Of a DNA stretch of 64,000 nt, positions 27,354 to 38,490 are shown piece by piece. The stretch lies in assembly GCA_040357565.1 (NCBI GenBank), contig JBDODJ010000046.1. One strand, 5' to 3'. The DNA is from Cercozoa sp. M6MM (lineage: Eukaryota; Protista; Endomyxa: Ascetosporea). The notes beneath the pieces are model-generated. The model was not told where the DNA came from. It searched no databases and saw only the letters and a program-made list of their open reading frames with translations. The position numbers were made by a program, and so were the translations under genes. Every line of letters begins with the position of its first letter. The stretch's first letter is position 1.

Positions 27354-29445
27354 TGTGGGTGGCTACAGTACGCAGTGCAATTGGCGGCCATTGGCGCCAT
27401 CGAGAGCGTCATGACGTTGCAGGCCGTCGACGAAATCACGGGCGCGCAGCCTTCGACCTTCCGTGCCAACCAGGTAGGGGGTAAGGGGTACAGGAGGGCA
27501 AGGGGGTAACGGAGGGGGAAGAGGGTAAAGGGGCAACGGGGGAAAGAGGGGGAGGAGGGTTAAAATCCCGTATGTGCAGGAGTGTGTGGCACAAGGCGTC
27601 GCGAATTTTGTGTCGAGTTTCTTTGGCGCCATGGGTGGTAACTTTTTTTTTTAAATATTTGTGGAGGTGGGGAGTGGACCTGTCCGCGCGGATGCAAATA
27701 CGCGTAGGTGACGCCATGATCGGTCAGTCTACGATCAACGTGATGAACGGCGCACGTGGCCGACTCAGTGGCATGTCGGCCGGCATCTTCATGCTGTGCA
27801 TCATTGTGTGTTTACCCTCCCCCTACATACCCCCTTGACCCCCCACCCCCTGTTCCCGGGCAGCTGGGCGCCAGTGCCGTGGTGGAGGCGATTCCGATCG
27901 CGGCACTGACAGGCGTGCTGTTCATGGTGGTGATTCACACCTTCAACTGGGGCACCTTCAAGACGCTGCGACGCGCCTCCAAGGCCGATGCCTTTGTGGT
28001 GTGTTCCGGCACTACCCCCCTTTGCCGTCCTCTTTACACCCCCCCCCAGGTGGTGCTAGTGACGGTACTGGCCGTAGTGACGAATCTGGCCATCGCCGTG
28101 ATCTCGGGCGTGGTCTTCACAGCACTGGTCGACGCGTGGAGGAGCTCGCAGATGCTCACGGCGTCTACCGAGGTTTCTACCCCCCTCCCCTTTACCCCCT
28201 ACCCTCCCCATTTACCCCTCAGTTCATCCCCCTCCCTGTATCTCCATTTACCCTTCGCCCCAGATTCTGCACGACGAGAACGGCCGTCCAGTCAAGGTGT
28301 ACCACTTCTCGGGTGCTCTTTTCTTCGGGTCCACGCGCACGTTCGCCAACATGTAGCTGCTGTTTTACCCCCCCCCCGCACCCTTTGACCCCCCACCCAT
28401 GGTACAGGTTCGACTACGCCAACGACCCGGAGCACGTGCTACTGGACTTCCGAGAGTCCGTGTTGGTACTCACGTGATATGATATTTGGGTGTATGTATG
28501 TGTGTATGTATGCATTTATGGATGCATGTATGTATGTATAGATTTATGTATGTATATGTCTGTATGTATGTATGTATGTATGTATGTATGTCTGTATGTC
28601 TGTATGTCTGTATGTCTGTATGTATGCATGTATGTATGTACATGTATTTATGTACATGTATGTATTTAGGTCTGTATGTATTTAGGTATGTATGGTTTGT
28701 GTATGTATGTATGCATGTATATATGCAGGCGGATTGGTCGGCATTGGCCGCCGTCAAAGCTGTCGCCAAGCGCTATGCCGAAGTCGACAAGAACGTAACC
28801 CCCTGCTTTACCTCTTGCTTTACCCCCTGCTTTACCCTCTGTTACCCCTACCCCTTTCGGCAGGTGGAAGTACAACGACTCGACGCTTTTTCAGTCGGTC
28901 GCGTTCAGCGCGCCGGCTCATTTGGTTCTTGATTTTACCCCCCCCCCCCCGCACCCTACCCTTACCCCCCTTCGTAGTGGCTGAAACAGTGGCGCTGCTG
29001 CACGGCGACAAGGAACTCTACGTGCACCACGGTACCTATGTTTTATTGTAACCTGCATTTTATATTTATCTATTTTATTTTACATTTAGATGTATATTTA
29101 TTATATATATATATATATATATGCATATATAGATGTAGAGAGCTACAAAGATAGATGTGTATACATATAGATATTAGAGATATAGAGATATAGAGATACA
29201 GAGATATGACTATATGCCTGTGTAGACAAGGAACTCAACGACGACAGCGATGGGCCTGGCGTCGTTGTCCACGCGGACGTTCAGCACGGCGACAGCAACC
29301 TGCGCCGCCGCAAGTCGGTACCCTTTCGCCCATCCCCCTTTACCCCCTCTTTTAGCCCGTTATCTCCCGTGTGTAGCTGTCGCAACTGCACATGTTCGAG
29401 CCGTTGCAAGTGGAAGAGCACCCGTCGCCAGTGCAGGTGCTTCCT

Positions 29446-29496
<51 letters not shown>

Positions 29497-29506
29497 NNNN
29501 NNNNNN

Positions 29507-29555
<49 letters not shown>

Positions 29556-29745
29556 TCTTCTTCTCTTTCTCACTTGCTGTGTGTGTGTGTGTGTGTTGCA
29601 CTGTGTGTTCGCGCTGTAGCCGGTGGTTGCTGTGGAACCCACGCAAGACGACAACGAAACCTCTCAGATCGAACCGTCTCAGATCAACGAAACCGAGAGC
29701 GATAGTGACAATGACGCTGCTGCCACGCCGGAGGATCAAGTCTAA
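26002..29745 (+). CDS. SulP/SLC26 anion (sulfate/bicarbonate) transporter with STAS domain, bacterial-type; 5' partial; about 20 introns
   Basis: [94 protein letters not shown]..DWSAL. Confidence 0.92.
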
Positions 29746-29913
29746 TAGTTCCCCGCGTCGTGTGCAAGTTGAGTGAACTAACGTATCAAACTATCGATGC
29801 CGTGGTCATTTCCAAAGACGGTTGGTCTTCGCTTGTGGCAAACTGCAAACTATAAATACTGTGAGCGGCGAAGCGAAGCAGTGCTCGTTTGTGTGTGTGT
29901 AGCGTAGATTTCT

Positions 29914-32900
29914 ATGAGTAGTGCTGCTGACGCGGAGACTCGGTGCTGGCCCCAATAAATATCGATCTCGGGTTTTGGCAATTTTTCTTTGCGTACGCAG
30001 TGTCGGCGTTACAGAGTTTCTTTCAGATGTCTACCTCGGTGGTTCACGTACGTTGTGTGATCATTAGTTGCTGTTACATTTTTGGTATCTGCAAATTCGT
30101 GCCTTCAGTGACCCGTCCGCGCGCACAGCTGAAAGCGATGAACAGCGACTTTATCGTTCGCGAGATTGATGCAGATGGAACAGTGTGTGATGCTCCGATC
30201 AAGTCCGTCGATGCGTACTCTGGTACAAGTTAAACTATGTGCTTCTAAGGGAGCACTCTTTGAAACTGTGAGTTGGGGTTTTCAGAGGAGGAGTGGCGCA
30301 GCATTCTGCCTGACCTGGTGGATCGGGAGGCGCTGCTGGAACGCGTCAAACAGGAGTGCGCTGACAAGTAAACTGACCAGTCAAGTGTCTACTCTGTTCT
30401 TGTACATTTGTGCTGTTTCGTTGTGGCAGAAAGCAAGAAATCGACGTCAGTACCCTCGTGCAGAACGAGAAGTCCGTCCAGTGTCGACAGGAGTTGCGTC
30501 AGTTGCTGTCGCAGCGTCCAGCCTGGGCCGACGAGATCGAACAACGATTTGCTGCACTTAGTCGACCAGCTGACTCGTGTAATCTTTTTCTTTGTCAGGC
30601 AGCGCCTAGCATTTCCCTCGGCTGTGTGCAGCTGACGGTGCTTTCTTCCGTCGCAGTTTCGATGAGTTGGAGCACTGGACGCAGCAGCAACTGGAAGCGA
30701 CACATGACAACGCTGCCAAAAAGCAGACTGAGTCGTGCTTCTGTCTCGGCGTCTTCAATGACAAGGAGGAGCGTCTGCGACTCTACCGGTTTTTCCCGAC
30801 CCGTCTATTGTCCCTGTACCTTTTTGATCCAGCCGTTTCGCAGAATTTTCCGGAGTGTGCTGCCGCTGTTTGAACTGCAGTCGACAAAGCAGCGCGGCTG
30901 GAGTCTCCGCACTCGCCGTGAGCTACAGAAACTTGGTATCTTTGAAAGGATAAACAGAGACCGTAAGGTATAGAGTGGCATTTGACAGGTCCCAACAAGG
31001 ACAAGCAACCGGAACGCATGTGCGTGTCGGTGTCACTGCACGCTGGTGTGTCGGCAATGCGCACTGCCTTCGAACGCATGTTATCCAGCGATGACACTCC
31101 AAGCAATCTCGCCAAACACGTCGACTCTGTCACGGCCAAAATCGCCTTGTTCTCCAGTGTATATTGAACGGGACATAAGAGTACAAGAGGGAAGGGTAAA
31201 ACTACATGTGCGTTGGTGCAGTTGGTGCACACAGCGGAAGGTGTGACTTTGGGCCCGGACACGAGTTGCGATGTTGCACTGCCTGCTGCATTGTCGACCT
31301 TGCTGCAGCAGTGTTCCGAGAGAGCCAGCACTGCTTCCATCGATCGCACGAGCGATCGGCGGCGTCGCAAGAACGACGGCGCTCTCGGAGTGCAAGAGGC
31401 TGTTTTCGCCAGCTTCCTCAATCTGCGTGCAAGGCTACATTGTATTCTCTCCATCTTACTCCTTTCATGATACTTCCTGCTATTCCTGCTACCTTTGATG
31501 TTACCCTTCTAGCAAACGAAGGCAACTGGATTCTGCGACTCCGGTTTCGGCCTGTGGGGTACTTCTTCTCTTCTCTGTGATTGGGTGGGTTTACTTTGTG
31601 TCTTCTTGAGCAGTCGCGCCAATAAACGCAAACAAATGCGAAAGCGCGCACGTGGCGATCTTGCCGACGTTTTTCTGCGTCTCACGCTGCACCGAAGCGG
31701 TGTCGAGCACGGCGAGGCACTGTACCTTTCGCTTTACCCCTTGCATTCTCCTCCTCTCTCGATCTTCACCCGTGGTACAGTGCGGCAGTGGCACAAGTGA
31801 TGGGCGTGTCTCCCAATGTGGTTTCGGTCAGTGGCACCAAGGACAAGCATGCTGTCACGACGCAGCGTGTCGGTATTTTCTCTCCTCTCGTCTGGATTAC
31901 TCTTTGTTATTGTCAAAATTTGTAGTGATTCAGAACCCTTCGCTGTGTAATCTCAAGTCGGACAAGTTAGAGGTAGTTCGATAGCGAATCCTCTGTTTTT
32001 TGTTGTTGCAGTTTGAATAGGCAAAGCTGGAGCGTGTGCGAAAGTCGCTGCGAAATGGAACGTTTGAACTTGGCGACGCCGTCGCTGCGTCGGCTTCTCT
32101 GGCTGTACACCTACACCTTGATAGGAGTCACCTGGATACTGAGGGGCAACTGTGTCATGTGCAGTTGGGCAATGCCAAAGGCAATCGTTTCACAATCACG
32201 CTGCGGAGCCTGGGCGTCAGTGACGACGCTCTCTTTCACTGCGACAAAGGTGTTACTCCCCTTGCACCCTCTCATGTTCCTTTCCTTGACCTCTTTCCCG
32301 CAGTGGAAGAGCGACTGCGCGTGATGGCAGAGCGCGGTTTCTTGAACTACCTCGGCGTGCAGCGTTTTGGCGCGGAGGGTTCCAACTCTGCGGTACATTG
32401 AAAATATTACTTTGTATTTAAGCACCTGAACGTATATATAATATATAAAATATCAGTATATCTCTATAAAGAGTCAGTAAAATGGGGTAAAACTATCGCG
32501 TATGTGTGAGCGTAGTTGGTGGGCACGGCTTTGCTGAAAAGCGATTACGCGCACGCTTTGTCGTTACATGTTGTTCCACTGCCTCGGGTACTCTTACCTC
32601 CTCTTCTGTACCCTTGTGATACCTCCCCATGAGTGATTCAACAGGAGCGGCAGGAGTCAGTCAAGGCACTGAACAATGTGCGCGATGCACTCGCTCCCTT
32701 CTACATTGGTACGCGTGTCCATGTCATGTTCTGTGTATGTGTAGTCTGTACATATATACAGAAGACAAGACGGAGTCGACTCTGGTGACTGCCGACTCGG
32801 TGCGCACGCTACTGCGCGCCGCAAGTGACCGACAGCTTCCGCGCGGACGGCGAAATAAAGTATTTGCCGTGCTGGCGCAACGGCTGCGTCGGATTCCGCT

Positions 32901-33130
32901 TGACGCCGCCGGTGTCGATGGTGTTCAGGAGGACGAGCGACTGCGACAACAGGTCGGCAAGGCTGCTTTGGTACGGATGTACTGCTTTCGGGTTAGTTGG
33001 CTTCCTTATTGGAGCCATCTTAACATACCGCACAGGCGGCCTTCAATGCCATTCCGTACACGAACCGAACCAAGATCGTGCAAGCGGCCTCGAACATGGT
33101 GTGTGTGTGTGTGTGCATGTGTGTGTGTGT

Positions 33131-33211
<81 letters not shown>

Positions 33212-33530
33212 GCGATCCCTTTCTATGTGTAGGTGTGGAACCAAACAGTGTCCCACCTGGCACAGCAGGTGCAGCAACAAGTGCGCACGGCCAGGGAGAG
33301 TGCAGGTGACAGTATCGACGTGCCTGCTCTTGTGGAAAGCACTCTGGGCGGTGGCTACGAGGACAAGGACTCCTGGTGTGTTATTTCTTCGTTCCTTTTC
33401 CTCTCCTCTGCCACGTTAACGTGTCTTTCCACCAGGCTGGCTGCTCCGGGCAGTCGGTTCTACAAGCAGCTGCACCCTGAGGCACGTCGTCTGTGCGAGT
33501 CGCTTGGCCTGACTCTCGAGTGCTTTGGTT
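29914..33530 (+). CDS. PUS7: TruD-family pseudouridine synthase (PUS7/PUS7L-like); 3' end uncertain, may extend to about 34068
   Basis: VGVTEF..LKAMNSDFIVREID; catalytic SGTKDKHAVTTQRV (about 31827-31870); KGNRFTITLR; GFLNYLGVQRFG; QAASNMVWN. Confidence 0.85.
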
Positions 33531-33576
33531 CCTGCCACCTTTTGTTTTTCCCCACCCCACTTGACTCCGTGCGCGC

Positions 33577-33636
<60 letters not shown>

Positions 33637-33780
33637 GTGTGTGTTTTGGCCCATGACACTTCGGCAAGGTTGATTGAATAATCGATATGGACGAACGGCG
33701 AGTGGGTTCGAGCTATGAACCAAGTAGCGCGCAGCTCGCTCGTTGGTGGCCTTCCTCATTGCACCCCTCAAGCTCCAGCA

Positions 33781-33953
33781 GCGCTGGAGAGAGCATTCAT
33801 CCTCCGCGCTTGAGAGAGCATTCCTCGCGCTTGAGAGAGCATGCAGCCTCCGCGCTTGAGAGAGCATTCATCCTCCGCGCTTGAGAGAGCATGCAGCCTC
33901 GCGCTTGAGAGAGCATGCAGCCTCGCGCTTGAGAGAGCATTCAGCCTCGCGCT
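33781..33953. repeat. 21-25 bp minisatellite (CCTC[C]GCGCTTGAGAGAGCAT...) about 7 copies
   Basis: Seven GAGAGAGCAT cores in tandem between PUS7 and the RhoGEF 3' end. Confidence 0.9.
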
Positions 33954-34201
33954 AACTTACTTTTTCGTCCTACCGCGCGCTTCATTCATTCACGTTGACT
34001 GGCTTTTTTCAGACGAGTCGAAGGCGATCTGCAGCACGTGGACAACTACACTGACAGCAACAATGTAGAAACAGCACAGCTGCAGCTCACTTGCGGCGGG
34101 TTGCGATTGAGGTACTCGACTGATCTGTTAAGGCAGATACTACTGTACGTATGCGATATCGGTCGGATGCTGTGCGCGACGCCATGATCGGTTGAAGCCT
34201 G

Positions 34202-36743
34202 CTACTTAATATGTGACGGCAAGAACGCGACGCCTCGCGTGAACAGGTGCTGCGGCAGCGAGTCGTCGGCGTTGGGCGCATCCGTTTCCACCGGCAGGAA
34301 CATCCAGCGCTCAAACGACTGCAGTCACAAGCGCACACTCGAACGAACTAAAACTGAAGGAACACAGCTGAGTGTTGTACCTTGCGATGTGGCTTGTCTA
34401 CAACGAGTGCACCACGGTGGTCAGCTGCCAAGTGTCATAACGGTGCACATAAGATAGTACCGCAACCTAAGAAATCGAGGAGTCTACCGAGGTAGCCACA
34501 ACGAGAGCGAATGGAAATGACGTCGCGCATGGCACCCAAGAAGGCCACTTGGAAAAACTCCCAATCGCGGCAGTGCAGTCGGTTGCATGACAGGTAGTTC
34601 TTGGCCATGCCGAGTGTCGTCTTTTTCTTGTCGGCGCAGAGGAACTTACCTGCGCTTATGCTTGCTGTAGGGAGCAGAAAATTCAGACATCGAAAGTGCA
34701 TACCATGTCGACTCTGCAAGGCAACGGCACCGTCAGTGCCCTTGATTTCGTGAAGTGCAAAAACCGCGTCCGGCGGCAATTCGTTAGCTGTTTCAAACAC
34801 AGAGAAATGTATCTCTTGTAGCCTCCTCCCCTTTAAAAAAGGTACAGTACACGAGGAAGGCTGCACAAGTCGCACGGAACCATCGTTGGCGGCCGCGAGG
34901 AATTCGCCGCGGTGCGACATTAGTACCAGTGTCTCGGGCCTGCAGGCAAGGTGCAGGTAGGAGAGTTGGGGGAGTAGGTAAGCAGGGGGGGGGGGGGGGT
35001 ACTTGAGGATCGACACAAAGAACTGCGAATTGCCAGAAATTCGCGGTTCGAAACTCTCGCCCGCCCAGTAGCCTTTCTCCTACAGATAGGGCAAATGCTA
35101 CAAGGAGGGGGTGGTAAACGAGACACTGTACACAGTGGAAGGCAAAGATAGGTTGCTGGCCAGGCGAAAGTGCTTCCACGCGGAAGGTATACACTTCCTG
35201 TATAAAAAACGCGAGATTGATCGGCATAGGATCAGAAAAAGAAGAGACGACAAACAAACCCGCAGCCAAGTTGGCGACGTTTCGTCATGCGGCAACAGAG
35301 TCACATGCTGGTCCCTGATATGAAGAGGTGTCGGGCAGGGGCAAAGAGGTAGGGGTAAAGAAGTGACACACCTCTCACAAGCGTGCACGCGGAAGGCGGC
35401 CTTGCGACCCGTGCCTTGGCACAGCAGACGTACCTTCTGTCCGTGCCTATACAGGAGGAAGGGTATCAAGGGACATGAAGGCACAAAACAAGGCCGTACT
35501 GAAAGATGTTGCCGTATCCACGACACCGTCTTGCCTCCTATAAAACGCGTCAGTTCCTGTACTCGTACCCTCGGGGGGGGGGGGGGGTAAAACTATACCG
35601 CCTCACTGACTGTCGGTAGCCGCGGTTTGCGCAGCCACGCAAGTGCTCCGAAATCTACAGGTGTCGTAGGATAGAGGAGGCAAGAGGGAGAGGGTAAGAG
35701 GGGTAAAGTTGCACCTCTCACGACGACACCTCGTCCTGCCAGTTCCGTGTCCTGAACAGACAGGAAGGGAGGTATACAAAGGAATGAGGGGGGGGGGGGG
35801 TAAAGTTGAAACTACGAGTCCCCGGCGAGTATCGGCGTATCGTTGTCGCTCGTGTTCCGCGCGGGTGCGTGCAATCTCCAGCCTGTCAGAAAGTGGTCCA
35901 ACCAGACGGTAAAAAGCGACACACCACTTAAGGGAGCAGTGAAGATTATTTACCACTCCTCCATCTGCTCCATGTCACGCAGCAGCAGCAGCAGACTGCG
36001 CGGGGGGTAAAGGGGGTAAGGGGTAAAGGGGTAAGGGGGTAAAGGGGTAAGGGGTAAGGGGGTAGGAAACGAAGTTACACAGCGTCGCCGTAAAGAAAGA
36101 CGAGACACGTCTCGTTGGCATCCGATGGTGCCGCACTTCTGTCAAGAGGGTGGGTGGGTATAAGGAGGGGGACGAGAGGGGCAAAAACTCTACAGTGGCA
36201 AACGATGTCCGATCTCGGCGAAACGACGAATACGGCATGTTCGCAGTGGCACCGCCTGAATAGTAGTGGGGTAGAGGGTGTGGGAGTGGGGGACAGACAC
36301 GGTTACCCTTTTGAAGTGATCATGATCGGTGGTGACCAGCAGCACGTCCGTGAAGAGGTAGACCTTGCGCGACTTGATGTGTCCCGACGCCATCTTCCAC
36401 TCGCGTGCCTCGCTTTCTGTACCGACACCGCCCGGGGGTAAAGGGGGTGGGGAGGGGGTGGGGTAAGTCGAGTGAGAGAATTTACTGACGACGAGGTGTC
36501 GGTGCGGCTGCACAAAGCCGTTGTCGAAAATCGGCACGCCCCAGGTGCCACTCAACGGCGGCAGTCTATCAAGACAAAACTTATATATATATATATATAA
36601 ATATCTCTATATACGATTTGCGTCTAGCACAGATTCGTTCTATATATTTAGCTAATATCTAACACATATCAAACACGCACACACACACATACACACACAT
36701 AACACATACATATAAGCATATATATATATATATATCAGCACAA

Positions 36744-36774
<31 letters not shown>

Positions 36775-38286
36775 CTATATATATATATATATATATCTAC
36801 AAGCACAAAAGTAACGATCCAAGCACAAATATACAAGTATGTATTTACAAATATTAGACAAATATGTGTAAAGCTGAAAGTACTCTGGAATGGCTGATGA
36901 ACGCGCAGCGTCCGAACGTCGCTTGCACTCGTTTACTATAGGGGGCGAATGGGGTGGAGGGGGTCAGGGGTAAAGAGCCGAAGACTTTGGTACCAGCCTC
37001 CACGCGCTCTGTCATGGCGTTGAGCACCTTGGTGTAGTACTCTCTGAACATACAGTATACAGAGAACCGACATGGGGGGTAAAAACGACAGTACCTCTCC
37101 TCTTCGCCAGAGTGACGCTGCAACTCTCGTAGCAGCAGTGCGTATCGTGGCTACAAGCAAAGCGACGGTAAGCACTGTCCAGATGGACTCAAAGAGAGAT
37201 GTCGTACCAGTCGTTGCACAGGCATAATCAGCAGCGACTCAAGGGATGCCGACAAGTTTGAAACGACACTGGGAGTAGAAAGCAAGGGGTAAAGGATATT
37301 AGAGGAGGGGTACGAAGTAAGAGGAGAAATTAGTTACCTTGGTTCCGAGTCAAGTCGCATCAATGCTTCTTGCACTTGCTTACTCTGTGCAGGGGTACAC
37401 ACATCCATACATAGGTATGGACAGAAGGTCTAGCAGCAACCTCAGCAGTGGGATGCCCTTTGGAATTCTTGCCGTCGCGCAGGTTGCGCAGTGCGCTCAC
37501 CATGTCTAAATTTTACATTGACACAAATACATAGATCTTCATACCTATATGTATAGATACACATATAGATACCCTCGTAGTTGTTGACGTAGTCGTAGTA
37601 CAGACGGAAGAATTGCAGGTGTTTCTCAAGTGCTGGCTGTCACAACCCATATCCTTCCCATATATCTCCCCCTATTACCACACCCACCAGACACAGCGGC
37701 CTACCACAGCACCTTCGCTTTCCATTGCATGCAGCAACTGCGTGTGTCTACAGTCGGGTGCCAAGGGTAGCAGGAGAATCAGGGAACTAGAGGTAAAGGG
37801 GTGTGTGTGTGTGTGGGGGGGGGGTAAGTTGGTACAGTGAGTGCAGCTGCGGCGCATTCGAGAACAGCACAACGGCGTCGTTGCCGAGCCACTCGACCAG
37901 CTCCGCGCGGTAGTGCGACGCGATGCGTGAACTGCACAAGATCTCCAGTGATACAGCCACAGAAAACAACAAGAAACAGCAAGAAACAACAACAGAAAAC
38001 AACAGAAAACAACAACAGAAAACAACTACTGAAGATACAGAGCATCCACGTAGGCGCGTTCGGTGTTCACGATCTCCTGCAGCACGAACTCCTTCTTGCT
38101 CGGCTCACGTGTCACCATTACCGTGTAGGCACGGTGCAGCAAGTCACCGTCACCGTCCTGATCGGTATCAACAGTGGCACCGTCACCCTCACTGATCGCA
38201 GGAGCGTCAATCATCCCCGCGTCTTCATTATTCTCAGCGTCTCCGCCTGCACGACGGGCCGCCTGAGAAGCTAAGTCAGCCCACAT
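34202..38286 (-). CDS. Dbl-family RhoGEF (DH-PH) with C-terminal fascin-like beta-trefoil region
   Basis: DH: EFVLQEIVNTERAYVDAL, FFRLYYDYVNNYE, LESLLIMPVQRLVRY. PH: RKVYLFTDVLLVT. C-terminus: LMSHRGEFLAA, VALQSRHGKFLCAD, CRDWEFF, SIRSRCGYL, SFERW. Stop position is tentative. Confidence 0.85.
36002..36064 (+). repeat. (GGGGTAA)n-like telomere-style, G-quadruplex-prone array inside a RhoGEF intron
   Basis: About 8 consecutive G4-6TA2-3 units. Confidence 0.85.
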
Positions 38287-38490
38287 GCACTATTTTCACA
38301 CTCAAGCACCGTTCTAAAGCAGGTATCTCGAAAAAAGCTGTTCTTCAGACCTGGCTACATTTCATCATCTTGGCGCACATCGCGAGCGTTTTGATACTTC
38401 TGTGTGCGCAGAGTGGTGCACACGTTAATTGTAGCTATCCATATCAGCATGGTTGTGTATTATGTGTTGTGAAGCAGAGTCGGATGACGC

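Noticed and set aside
30048-30067. Possible 20-nt micro-intron (GTACG..ATTAG) in PUS7
   Set aside because: A single ~61-nt intron to the CTTCAG acceptor restores the frame more simply.
33781-33953. CRISPR-like array
   Set aside because: Units are contiguous with no unique spacers, there are no cas genes, and the context is eukaryotic; it is a minisatellite.
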